From positions 8,894-72,893 of the IMG/VR virus record IMGVR_UViG_3300021399_000147: a stretch of DNA of 64,000 bases. One strand, written 5' to 3'. Positions 33,519-42,979 of this stretch are shown here, piece after piece. The DNA is from a virus (taxonomy: Duplodnaviria; Caudoviricetes). Within the stretch, counting starts at the first letter, position 1, and each line of letters begins with the position of its first letter. The position numbers and the translations under genes were made by a program. The notes below the pieces were generated by a model. The model saw only the letters and a program-made list of their open reading frames with translations, did not search any database and had not been told where the DNA came from.

Positions 33519-34825
33519 TGGGTAGACCGAGAAAAGCTAAAGAAAAGAAGGGAGAGATTATCTTAGATGTTAATGAGAATATCGCTCCCGTTTATTTTTC
33601 CGCAATGGATGATATTTTAGACCATGGGCACGTACACTATGTCTTTAAAGGGGGACGAGGCTCTGCTAAATCTTCTTTTATTTCAGAGATGATACCACTA
33701 CTACTCATAAATAATCCTAAAACTCATGCCATAGTGTTTAGAAAGATTGGTAATACTATCAAGAACTCTGTATGGGCACAGGTAGTTTGGGGAATAGATA
33801 GATGGGGACTCAGAGATTACTTTCAGATACCTAAGACTATTGCCAATCCTATTGTATATAAACCTACAGGACAGCAGATATTATTTATGGGACTTGATGA
33901 CCCTAACAAAGTAAAGTCTGTAAAGTTGCCTTTCGGATATATCGGAATAACATGGTGGGAAGAGCTTGACCAGTTCTCTGGTGAAAAAGAAATTCGTAAA
34001 GTATTACAGTCAACAATGCGTGGTGGTACAGATTTTTGGGACTTTAGAAGTTTTAACCCACCTATCTCTAATCTTAATTGGGCTAATCAGTATGCCGCAG
34101 ATGCATTGAGCAGAGAGAATACCCTTGTAACATCAACGAACTACAATGATATTCCAGCAGAGTGGTTAGGACAAGCATTTATAGATGAAGCTATGGACTT
34201 AAAAGAAACTAATCCTAGAGCGTATGAGCATGAATATTTAGGAATACCTGTAGGTACAGGTGGTAATGTCTTTGAGAACGTAGAACCTATGTACATGACA
34301 GATGAGTTTATCAATTCCTTTGAGAGAACAAATGCAGGTGTTGACTGGGGGTGGTACCCAGACCCGTTTGCTTTCACTAAATGTAGTGTGGATATTAGTA
34401 GAAGGTGTGTTTATATCTTTGCGGAGTTTAGATGTAATAAGTTATCTAACAGACAGACGTTTGATAAACTGTATCATGAATTACAGTATTGTGGCAGACC
34501 TTATTTATCGCCTGATGAGATTGTTACTTGTGATAGTGCTGAGCCTAAATCTATCTCAGACTGGAAAGATTATGGAGCATTTGGAGCTAGACCTGTGAAG
34601 AAAGAGCCTGACAGCATCAACTATTCTATGAAGTGGTTACAGTCAATGAAACATATCTACATAGACCCTAAAAGATGCCCTGAGACCTATAAAGAGTTTA
34701 TAGAGTACGAATATGACAGAGATAAAGATGATGAGGTAGTCAGTGGCTATCCTGATGCAAACAACCACAGTATAGATAGTGTAAGATATGCGACCAGTGG
34801 ATATTGGAGAAGAAGAGGTCAGTGA
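33518..34825 (+). CDS. terL: Terminase large subunit, PBSX family
   Basis: KGGRGSAKSS, WWEELDQF, SFNPP, GVDWGW..DP, CDSAEPKSI, NNHSIDSVRYA. Confidence 0.95.
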   Translation: MGRPRKAKEKKGEIILDVNENIAPVYFSAMDDILDHGHVHYVFKGGRGSAKSSFISEMIPLLLINNPKTHAIVFRKIGNTIKNSVWAQVVWGIDRWGLRDYFQIPKTIANPIVYKPTGQQILFMGLDDPNKVKSVKLPFGYIGITWWEELDQFSGEKEIRKVLQSTMRGGTDFWDFRSFNPPISNLNWANQYAADALSRENTLVTSTNYNDIPAEWLGQAFIDEAMDLKETNPRAYEHEYLGIPVGTGGNVFENVEPMYMTDEFINSFERTNAGVDWGWYPDPFAFTKCSVDISRRCVYIFAEFRCNKLSNRQTFDKLYHELQYCGRPYLSPDEIVTCDSAEPKSISDWKDYGAFGARPVKKEPDSINYSMKWLQSMKHIYIDPKRCPETYKEFIEYEYDRDKDDEVVSGYPDANNHSIDSVRYATSGYWRRRGQ

Positions 34826-34854
34826 TTGAATATATGATGGCTGAATGTTATACT
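34826..34854 (+). promoter_or_regulatory. Sigma-A promoter inside the packaging operon
   Basis: TTGAAT-17-TATACT with TG extension. Confidence 0.55.
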
Positions 34855-34876
34855 ACATATATAAAGGAGGGCAAGT

Positions 34877-35230
34877 ATGGAGAAAAGAGTGGTCAACATT
34901 TTAGGTACAGAGTGGACCATATTATTTGGTACAGAATCACAGTTTCCTAATCTTAAAGATAACGATGGATATATGGATAGTTCAATAAGGTGCATAGTTA
35001 TTGATGATATGTCCGCTTCTGAAAATGATGCTTCCGCTAAGAAAGATATGGATGCATATAAGAAACAGGTACTGCGACATGAGATTGTTCATGCGTTTAT
35101 GTTTGAAAGCGGTCTTGACAGCAGTAGTAATTCACATGAGCATTGGGCTGTAAACGAAGAAATGGTAGATTGGATGGCTATTCAGTTACCAAAGATAATT
35201 GATGCTTGTAGAGAAGCATTAGCATTATAA
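34877..35230 (+). CDS. HEXXH zinc-metallopeptidase-like phage protein
   Basis: VLRHEIVHAFMFESGL..NEEMVDWMAIQLPKI. Confidence 0.65.
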   Translation: MEKRVVNILGTEWTILFGTESQFPNLKDNDGYMDSSIRCIVIDDMSASENDASAKKDMDAYKKQVLRHEIVHAFMFESGLDSSSNSHEHWAVNEEMVDWMAIQLPKIIDACREALAL

Positions 35231-35240
35231 GGAGAAACTT

Positions 35241-37016
35241 ATGAGCTTATGGGACAAATTGAAAGGAGCATGGCGAAAAATGCTGAAACGTGAGGTAATA
35301 GAAAAAGTCTTATCTGTAAAGACCGCTGTTTCTGATGACATGGTAAACAGTATTCAGTTATGGTCACAGATGTATGAAGGTAGAGCCCCATGGTTAAAAA
35401 ATCCTGAACCTGGCAATCCTGAGAGAGTAGTTTCTTTAGGACTGCCAGCACTTATAGCTAGTGAGAAAGCTAGAATGGTGACTCTTGAAATGGAGAGTGA
35501 GATTACACCTCCAATGAAGGATGTAGAGAAAGTCAATCCTGATTATGTGCCGCCTTCTGTTGATGCCGAAACAGGTGAAGTCAACATGGGTAGAGAAACA
35601 ATGGTAATCACAGAACCTGAACCTGATGGTCCTACTGAGAGAGCAAACTTCTTGAATGATGCTTACCAGAATAAATTGTTGAAGCATATAAGAAGGCAGA
35701 TAGAATATGGAATAGCTAAAGGTGGTCTAGTAATCAAACCTTATGTTATTCAGTATGAAGAAGGCTCACCTACTATTGAAGATGATGAGGATAAAGATAG
35801 ATTATCAGCAGAAAAGCCTTTACCTAAGTATGAGATAGAGTTTGACTTTGTACAGGCTGATAGATTCTATCCTCTGTCTTTTGATAACAACGGAAAGATA
35901 ACTGAGGCAGCTTTTATTCAGACTAAAGTAGATAATGATAAAGTATATACGCGCCTGGAGCATCATATACTTATCGGAAGAACTGTAACAGTAAGAAACT
36001 ATGCTTTTGTTAATTCTAATGATAGCAATCGAATATGGTACAAGACGGCTAATGATTTAGGTAAGCCTTGTAAATTGTCTGAGGTAGCTGAATGGGCTAA
36101 TCTTCAGGAAGAGGTAACAATCAAGAATGTAGACAGACCTTTGTTTGCATATTTCAAGATGCCTGAAGCTAATACGATAGACCCATATTCGCCACTTGGT
36201 GTATCAGCTTATAGCCGAGTTATTTCTCTTATCAGAGATGCCGACGAACAGTATTCAAGAATGCTGTGGGAGTTTGAAGGTGGAGAACTTGCTATTGATG
36301 TAGACAGAGATGCCTTAAAGATACAGGAGTATCAGAATGGTCAGCATCAAACAGTATTACCTACAAAACAAGAACGTTTGTTCAGAAAGGTAGACTTGAA
36401 TAGTGAAGAAACATACAATGTCTTTGCCCCTACACTTAGGGATGAGTCTATTTCTCATGGATTGAACGTTATTCTTACAAGAATAGAAGATGTTGTAGGA
36501 TTTAGTCGAGGCACACTTTCAGAAGAAGCCGACGTCAATGCTAAGACCGCTACTGAATTAAAGATAGAGAAGCAGAGAAGCTATGCCACAAATAGAGATA
36601 TTCAGTTAGCATTGGAAGATGCACTTAGAGATGCTATCTATGCTATGGATGTATATTGCACTCTATACAAAGTAACACCGCCTGGGGAATATGAGGTATC
36701 ATTTGAATGGGATGATTCTATCATAGTAGATACTGAGGCAGAGTTAGAGAAACGTCTTACAATGGTAAACGCTGGCATCACATCTAAGCTAGAAACAAGA
36801 ATGTGGTACTTCGGTGAAACTGAGAATCAGGCAAAAGCCGCATTACAGAAAGTTGAAGATGAGAAGAAACAGAGCATGGAAACTAATATTCAAGCTCAGG
36901 CACAGCTTGGTGATGTAGCTCAAGGTAAAGACTTCTCAGGTAATAACAATAATCCAAACACTCAGCAGAAGGCATTTAATAACGCTGAAAAAACTTCTGC
37001 CAAAGTTGTTGGATAA
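35241..37016 (+). CDS. Portal protein (A118/SPP1-like)
   Basis: 591 aa after terL; SLGLPALIASEKA, YSPLGVS, WEFEGGE, FEWDDSII. Confidence 0.88.
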   Translation: MSLWDKLKGAWRKMLKREVIEKVLSVKTAVSDDMVNSIQLWSQMYEGRAPWLKNPEPGNPERVVSLGLPALIASEKARMVTLEMESEITPPMKDVEKVNPDYVPPSVDAETGEVNMGRETMVITEPEPDGPTERANFLNDAYQNKLLKHIRRQIEYGIAKGGLVIKPYVIQYEEGSPTIEDDEDKDRLSAEKPLPKYEIEFDFVQADRFYPLSFDNNGKITEAAFIQTKVDNDKVYTRLEHHILIGRTVTVRNYAFVNSNDSNRIWYKTANDLGKPCKLSEVAEWANLQEEVTIKNVDRPLFAYFKMPEANTIDPYSPLGVSAYSRVISLIRDADEQYSRMLWEFEGGELAIDVDRDALKIQEYQNGQHQTVLPTKQERLFRKVDLNSEETYNVFAPTLRDESISHGLNVILTRIEDVVGFSRGTLSEEADVNAKTATELKIEKQRSYATNRDIQLALEDALRDAIYAMDVYCTLYKVTPPGEYEVSFEWDDSIIVDTEAELEKRLTMVNAGITSKLETRMWYFGETENQAKAALQKVEDEKKQSMETNIQAQAQLGDVAQGKDFSGNNNNPNTQQKAFNNAEKTSAKVVG

Positions 37017-37022
37017 TTAGTA

Positions 37023-37051
37023 TTTACACGCTAGAAAATATGTTCTATAAT
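37023..37051 (+). promoter_or_regulatory. Sigma-A promoter upstream of scaffold and capsid genes
   Basis: TTTACA-17-TATAAT. Confidence 0.7.
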
Positions 37052-37057
37052 GAATGT

Positions 37058-37136
37058 GGGCAAGATGTAGATATTTGCCATATCCTGACCCTCCTAAAAG
37101 TGTTAACGGTAGTGCTGCCACTGCCGTTAACTAGGG
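37058..37136 (+). ncRNA. Candidate structured RNA or leader with exposed anti-SD CCCUCCU
   Basis: GGCAA/TTGCC hairpin, CCCTCCT, 13-bp hairpin 37102-37131. Confidence 0.35.
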
Positions 37137-37267
37137 TAATAACTCTGTAATGAGATTATTATAAATAAGTCTTGCAATCGGACATTTAAACGATTGTACA
37201 TTCCAGTGTAGAAAGTGACTACACATTTAAACAACAAACTGATAGAAGAATGTAGAAGGAGAAAAGT

Positions 37268-37939
37268 ATGTTACTAAAAGAAATTTTTGACAAGGCTACT
37301 TCCGAAAACAAGTCTTTAACTTGGGAGGAATTTGAAGCACTTGCGAAGGAAAACAAAGCAAAGTTTACAGACCTATCTGAGGGTAGATATGTAGACAGGC
37401 AGAAGTATGAGGATGACCTTGCTAAAAAGGACACAGAGATTACATCTCTGAATGACACTATCACAACCAGAAACAATGATTTAGAAACATTGAAAACACA
37501 GTTAGCTGAGGCAGGAAGTGATGCTGGAAAGCTAGACGAGCTTAATGCTAGTCTTGTTGCTTTACAGTCCAAGTATGATGCTGACACCGCAGCCCTACAG
37601 GGTAAACTTTCAGCACAGGCTTATGAGTTTGCAGTTCGTGATTTTGCAGGTAAACAGAAATTCTCTAGCAATGCCGCTCGTAGAGATTTTGAAAGAGCGT
37701 TGATAGAAAAACATCTTCCTATGGAAGATAAAGCAATACTTGGGGCAGATGATTTCTTGAAAGTATATGCAAAAGCTGACCCAACTGCTTTTGTAGTTAA
37801 AGAGACCGCTCCAAAAACACCAGCTCCAGAATTTGCAGGAAGTGCAACTGGAACAAAGCCAAGTGGAAGTAAAATGACTTTATCAGAAATGATGAAGGCT
37901 AAAAATGAAAACCCAGATTTTGTTGTAAATTTTGATTAA
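37268..37939 (+). CDS. Capsid scaffolding protein (phage GP20-like)
   Basis: Coiled coil, YVDRQKYE motif, position before the capsid gene. Confidence 0.8.
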   Translation: MLLKEIFDKATSENKSLTWEEFEALAKENKAKFTDLSEGRYVDRQKYEDDLAKKDTEITSLNDTITTRNNDLETLKTQLAEAGSDAGKLDELNASLVALQSKYDADTAALQGKLSAQAYEFAVRDFAGKQKFSSNAARRDFERALIEKHLPMEDKAILGADDFLKVYAKADPTAFVVKETAPKTPAPEFAGSATGTKPSGSKMTLSEMMKAKNENPDFVVNFD

Positions 37940-37955
37940 CCGAAAGGAGTAAATT

Positions 37956-39035
37956 ATGGGATTATTTGACGCAAAGCTGTTTAACGGCGAGGTATTCCAG
38001 AAGTATGTTGACAGAGTACCTAATGTACATCTTAATGAACTTATTAAGTCAGGTGCAATCGTAGCAAGACCAGAGCTTGCAAGTGCAATGGCAGACCAGA
38101 TTGGTGGTAACTACTTGACAACACCTCTTAAGGGTCTCATCAATCACACAGTACCACTTAACTATGATGGTACTACAGATATTACATCTGAAAGCACACA
38201 GACATATTCACATTCCAGAGTAGTAGTTGGTCGTGCGGCAGCATGGACAGAGAAAGACTTCTCATATGATATTACAGGCGGAGTAGATTTCATGCAGAAT
38301 GTAGCTGAACAGGTTTCAGAGTACTGGGATGAAATTGACCAGAAAACACTTGTTAATATCATGAATGGTATCTTCTCTATGGATTCATCTGTTGAAGCTA
38401 ATGCAGAATTTGTAGAGGAACATACATCTGATATTACAGGTGTAACAAATAGCGAAGGCGTAGTTGGTTACATGGACGGCTCATCTCTTAACTCAGCTAT
38501 GCAGAAAGCATCTGGTGACCACAAGAATCAGTTCAGTCTTTGCTTGATGCATTCCGCTGTTGCTACACATCTTGAAAACTTAAAGGTACTTACATACCTT
38601 AAATACAATGATGCTAATGGTATTGAGAGAGACCTTAACATTGGTACTCTGAACGGAAGAATGGTAATCATTGATGATGATATGCCTGTAATTACAACAG
38701 GAGAAGGTGCATCAGCAGTTAAGAAGTATGTAACTTATGTATTCGGTAAGGGTGCAATTGAGTTTACAAACTGCGGTGCTAAAGTTCCTTACGAAATGAG
38801 CAGAGACCCTAAGACTAACGGTGGTCAGGATACACTGTATTCAAGACAGAGAAAGTGCTGGTCACCATATGGTATCAGCTTTACAGGTATCAACGAAATT
38901 GCAACACCTTCACCTACAGATGCAGAGCTTGCAACAGGTAGCTTCTGGAATCTTGTTAGCACAGGTGGAACAAGCAATATCAAGTATATTGCTCACAAGG
39001 CTATTCCTATCGCAAGAATGATTTCACTTGGTTGA
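37956..39035 (+). CDS. Major capsid protein
   Basis: 359 aa; FDAKLFNGEVF, GRMVIIDDDMP, E.SRDPKTNGGQD.LY.R. Confidence 0.88.
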   Translation: MGLFDAKLFNGEVFQKYVDRVPNVHLNELIKSGAIVARPELASAMADQIGGNYLTTPLKGLINHTVPLNYDGTTDITSESTQTYSHSRVVVGRAAAWTEKDFSYDITGGVDFMQNVAEQVSEYWDEIDQKTLVNIMNGIFSMDSSVEANAEFVEEHTSDITGVTNSEGVVGYMDGSSLNSAMQKASGDHKNQFSLCLMHSAVATHLENLKVLTYLKYNDANGIERDLNIGTLNGRMVIIDDDMPVITTGEGASAVKKYVTYVFGKGAIEFTNCGAKVPYEMSRDPKTNGGQDTLYSRQRKCWSPYGISFTGINEIATPSPTDAELATGSFWNLVSTGGTSNIKYIAHKAIPIARMISLG

Positions 39036-39092
39036 TAGTTAGCATTCCTTCATACACCCTAAATTCTTTTCCTCAGAAAGGCGGATTTAACT

Positions 39093-39539
39093 ATGTATCT
39101 ATCATTTTCAGAATATCAAGAATATGGCGGAACATTGGAAGAATCCGCCTTTCAAGATTTAGAGTTTGATGCAGAAAGCACAATAAACTGGTATACATTC
39201 AATCGTCTGAAAAGACCTGAATGGCAATCTGTTTTAGAAACTGATGAACTAAAAAGATGTATGTATCAGCTTATCAGATTAAAGCAGATGGAAAATGAAC
39301 TGTTAGCTTCAAGCTCAGGTGGTGCTGGATGGGGTGTAGGTTGGACTAAAGAAGCCGGAATAACTCAGGAGACTAATGATGGAGTATCAACTAGCTATAA
39401 CACTATGAGTAGTGGGGAGCTAATGAATTACTTTAATGGTACAAAAACAAAGTCAGACCTGATTGACAAATATTTAGGTAGCATAGTGAATGATTTAGGT
39501 AGGAGTATTCTTTATAGGGGCATCTATAAGGGAGAGTAA
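39093..39539 (+). CDS. Head-tail connector (gp15/gp6-like)
   Basis: MYLSFSEYQEYGG..F....A...I..YTFNR, SETNDGVS-like motif. Confidence 0.75.
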   Translation: MYLSFSEYQEYGGTLEESAFQDLEFDAESTINWYTFNRLKRPEWQSVLETDELKRCMYQLIRLKQMENELLASSSGGAGWGVGWTKEAGITQETNDGVSTSYNTMSSGELMNYFNGTKTKSDLIDKYLGSIVNDLGRSILYRGIYKGE

Positions 39540-39543
39540 ACGT

Positions 39544-39876
39544 ATGTATGGATATATATTTTTAACAGAGAATAAATTGACAGGTAAGAAATATATAGGT
39601 CAGTATGCATCTGTTAAGTTCGATAAAAAGTATCTCGGAAATGCGCCTGCATTGATTTCTGACGTTGCAATTCATGGAAGTGATAATTTCTCAGTTAGAA
39701 TGTTAAGGGCGTGTGAATCGAAGCCAGAATACGAAGGAGCATATGAAGCTATTTTAGCCGAGTACAATGCACTTTCAGATAGTAACTACTACAATTGTGA
39801 GAAGGCTGAACCTGAAACTACAGAAGAACAGCCGAAGAAATCACGTAAGAGAAAGAAAGAAGAAGTAGAAGAATGA
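39544..39876 (+). CDS. Seg-like GIY-YIG domain protein, apparently degenerate
   Basis: GYIFLTENKLTGKKYIGQ..S.KFD..YLG..HGSDNFSV.ML..YN...NYYN. Confidence 0.6.
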   Translation: MYGYIFLTENKLTGKKYIGQYASVKFDKKYLGNAPALISDVAIHGSDNFSVRMLRACESKPEYEGAYEAILAEYNALSDSNYYNCEKAEPETTEEQPKKSRKRKKEEVEE

Positions 39877-40319
39877 ACAGATACCCCTCATGGTGGGACG
39901 ACACTATAACTTTATATAATAAGTATACGGATCCTACTACTAAGAAGGTGAAGTGGTATCGTCATGTTATTACTGATTGTTTCTATAAACATACTGTTGA
40001 AAAGATTACAGTTGGTAATACTACTTTGGATTCTAACTCTTCTATTTGCCGCATTCGTGTTTCTGATAATTTTATTGATAAAAAGTCATGGATGAAACTA
40101 GATGATTCTGAAAGAGCTGAAAAATTTACCTTGAGTGCTGGAGATATTATAGTAGCTGATGAGGTAGATTTTCAGATAGATGATTACACTTCAGGAAGTC
40201 GTTCATCTGACTTAATAAAAGAGAACAAAGAGTGGCCAGGCTGCTTTACAGTAGAAACTGTAAACATAAATGTCGGTGGTGGAAGAGGTAATGAACATTA
40301 CCATGTACGAGGTGTTTAA
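39873..40319 (+). CDS. Head closure / minor capsid protein
   Basis: DTITLYNKY..WYRHVI, position in the neck operon. Confidence 0.65.
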   Translation: MNRYPSWWDDTITLYNKYTDPTTKKVKWYRHVITDCFYKHTVEKITVGNTTLDSNSSICRIRVSDNFIDKKSWMKLDDSERAEKFTLSAGDIIVADEVDFQIDDYTSGSRSSDLIKENKEWPGCFTVETVNINVGGGRGNEHYHVRGV

Positions 40320-40321
40320 CT

Positions 40322-40720
40322 ATGCCTAGTATTTATGTGAGCTTCGATAATAAAGCTATGAATAAATATCTTACAGAAACTCTTGGTAATAAAGCTAAGA
40401 TGTTAGATGAAGATATGAATTTAAGAAATGCTGCCGCAGGTCAGTATGCCGCATATGTCAGCAAGTATGTTCCTTTAGGTAAAACTGGCAGATTAAGACA
40501 AGCCAAAGTTAAAGATGGCGAAGTAAGATATTCAGCTATTGCGATAAAGAAAGATGGTACAAGATATGACTATGCAGAAACGCAATATAATGGACCTGAT
40601 TGGTGGGAAAGACGTACACCGGGTACATATAGTCATTGGAACAGACATATGACTACTGCTGAAAGACAAGCATTTTATGATGATGTAAAACAGATGTTGC
40701 TGGAGAAGATGAATAGATGA
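40322..40720 (+). CDS. Minor capsid / neck protein (Minor_capsid_2-like)
   Basis: KYVPL.TG.L, YA..QY, TPGT.SHW. Confidence 0.7.
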   Translation: MPSIYVSFDNKAMNKYLTETLGNKAKMLDEDMNLRNAAAGQYAAYVSKYVPLGKTGRLRQAKVKDGEVRYSAIAIKKDGTRYDYAETQYNGPDWWERRTPGTYSHWNRHMTTAERQAFYDDVKQMLLEKMNR

Positions 40721-41193
40721 GCGATAAAAATAAAGCAATGATAAGTTTCCTATTAAGGTGTCCTATTATACAGGAAAATCCTCTATTCTTTAACTTTGCA
40801 GATGAAGAGGACGGCAACAATCATTTTATTACAGAAAAAGATAGTAAAATAAAGCGTTATATTGACGGCAGTGAGTTAAAACAGTATACTTTTACTATAG
40901 CCAGTTATTATTCTGTATCGCATAATGCCATATTAACGAATGAGGGGGAGATTTATGATGCGAATATCGAAAATATGGCAAAGATACAGGAAATACTTGA
41001 TTGGATAAATGAGCAAGCAGATAACGAAGAATATCCTGATTTTGGGGAAAATTGTGAGATTGATGAAATGGAAACTCTTACAATAGACCCCGATATAGAT
41101 GGAATTGATACTTCTGTTAATCCTCCCGTAGCAAGGTATTCAGTCGGTGTAAAACTGAAATACCTAGATAAATCAAAACAAGTTTGGAAATAA
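40717..41193 (+). CDS. Tail terminator / minor capsid protein
   Basis: KRYIDGSELKQYTF, ARYSV..KL.Y; position. Confidence 0.65.
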   Translation: MSDKNKAMISFLLRCPIIQENPLFFNFADEEDGNNHFITEKDSKIKRYIDGSELKQYTFTIASYYSVSHNAILTNEGEIYDANIENMAKIQEILDWINEQADNEEYPDFGENCEIDEMETLTIDPDIDGIDTSVNPPVARYSVGVKLKYLDKSKQVWK

Positions 41194-41207
41194 GAAAGGA
41201 GTTAACT

Positions 41208-41726
41208 ATGGCAGAGCAGTTTAATCTTAACAATGGCCAGAGAGCCGAGAGAAAACTTCTCATCACAGTAGCAGAATGGACTGAGGGTACAAGTAAGGTA
41301 AGAGAGTTTCTTGGTACTAGAACAGAGGATTCATCTATTGAGTATAACTCAGAGATTAACACAACTACTGATGTACTTGGAAACAACTATACAGACCTTG
41401 AGAGAACTCAGCCTGAACAGACATTCGACGAATCACCTATTATTGGTGGTGAAAAGCTGAAGGTGCTTCTGAATGACATTCGTAGAAGAAATGCTATTTC
41501 AGAGCTTAACCAGTTCACAATCTATGTTATCACAGCATTTGTAGGTGATGCTACAAAGGGTTATGCCGCTGAGAAACATGATGATTGCACAATCACATAT
41601 GATTCAATCGGTGGTGATACAAAGATTAACTTCCCTTATACTGTACACTTCTCTAACAAGATTACAACAGGTACAGTTGATAAGTTGGCAGATGACTTTG
41701 TGTTCACAGCTGATGCAACAGTCTAA
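41208..41726 (+). CDS. Major tail tube protein
   Basis: AAAGGAG RBS; acidic 172 aa; SIEYN.E..TTTDVLG, SIGGD. Confidence 0.75.
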   Translation: MAEQFNLNNGQRAERKLLITVAEWTEGTSKVREFLGTRTEDSSIEYNSEINTTTDVLGNNYTDLERTQPEQTFDESPIIGGEKLKVLLNDIRRRNAISELNQFTIYVITAFVGDATKGYAAEKHDDCTITYDSIGGDTKINFPYTVHFSNKITTGTVDKLADDFVFTADATV

Positions 41727-41745
41727 TAATTAGGAGGGAAAAGAT

Positions 41746-42369
41746 ATGACAAAATCTACATCAAAACTCTTTGAAAATGAAGAGCCAAAGCCAATGCAGG
41801 AAGATGCTATGAATACTCCTGTAGAAGAAAAAGAGGTTGAAGAGAGTGTACCTGAAAAGAAAGCAGAAGTTGTGAAGATGCCTTCTGCCACTGATGATGA
41901 CATTCAGGATATCAATCTTTCTGCAATCAAAAAGAAAAGATTCAGGATTAACGGAGACAGCAATAAAATCCTTGAACTCAACACAAGTGATATGAATATT
42001 GCATCCAGACTTGCTATTGCTTATGAAAGATTACAGACATACATGGAAGATGTAAGCAAAGTGTTGGGAGAAGTTCCTGAAGAGACTGATGATATTTCAA
42101 AAGAACAGGAAACATTAGCTACAACAGAATTAGCTAAGATTGATGCAAAGATGAAACAGGAAATTGATTACATCTTTGATGCTCCTGTTAGTGAAGTATG
42201 CTCAGATGGTGGTTCAATGTATGACCCATTTGAAGGTATGTTTAGATTTGAACATATCATTGATGCTTTATCCAAACTCTATGAGAACAACCTCAATTCT
42301 GAGTTTAATAAGATGAAGCGTAGAGTGTCAGCAAAGACTTCCAAGTATACCAAGAAATATCATAATTGA
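41746..42369 (+). CDS. Tail assembly chaperone
   Basis: Position between tail tube and Gp15-like gene. Confidence 0.6.
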   Translation: MTKSTSKLFENEEPKPMQEDAMNTPVEEKEVEESVPEKKAEVVKMPSATDDDIQDINLSAIKKKRFRINGDSNKILELNTSDMNIASRLAIAYERLQTYMEDVSKVLGEVPEETDDISKEQETLATTELAKIDAKMKQEIDYIFDAPVSEVCSDGGSMYDPFEGMFRFEHIIDALSKLYENNLNSEFNKMKRRVSAKTSKYTKKYHN

Positions 42370-42391
42370 AATTGAATAGGAGCCTCCGTGT

Positions 42392-42976
42392 ATGTATGAA
42401 TTACCTACGGAGATAATGATAGAAGAACGTCCGTACCACATACGAAATAACGGGGATTATCGTATGGTATTGGACGTTTTTTCCGTTTTAGAGGATGAAG
42501 AACTAAATCAGGAAGAACGACTTATCTCCGCTTTAATTATATTTTATGAAGATTATAACGAGATTGAAGATGTATATGCTGATATAGACAATATAGCAGA
42601 ATTACTCAAACAGATGTTCTGGTTTTTACGTGGTGGTAAAGATGAAGATGATTCAAACACTAAAAACCAAAAACTGATAGATTGGAATGGAGATTCTGAT
42701 ATAATAATATCAGCGATAAATAATGTTGCAGGGCGAGAAGTCCGAGCAGAACAATACACCCATTGGTGGACATTCTTAGCATATTATATGGCAATAGGTG
42801 ATAGTATATTATCAACAGTTGTCGGCATCAGAAATAAAATGATAAGCAGTAAACCTCTCGATAAATGGGAGAGGGAATATCGAAATCGCAATCCCCAATA
42901 TTTCAACTGGCAATATAAAACTACTGATGAAATAGATGCAGAAAAATGGCTAAAGAGTGTATGGAATAAGGAGTAG
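42392..42976 (+). CDS. Phage Gp15-like protein (tail assembly chaperone)
   Basis: LPTEI..YHIR..DYR..L, IDW..D...IISA, HWWTFLAYY. Confidence 0.8.
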   Translation: MYELPTEIMIEERPYHIRNNGDYRMVLDVFSVLEDEELNQEERLISALIIFYEDYNEIEDVYADIDNIAELLKQMFWFLRGGKDEDDSNTKNQKLIDWNGDSDIIISAINNVAGREVRAEQYTHWWTFLAYYMAIGDSILSTVVGIRNKMISSKPLDKWEREYRNRNPQYFNWQYKTTDEIDAEKWLKSVWNKE

Positions 42977-42979
42977 CTT

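Noticed and set aside
42340-42400. Programmed -1 frameshift between the tail chaperone genes
   Set aside because: No clear XXXYYYZ slippery heptamer before the stop, and the downstream gene has its own RBS
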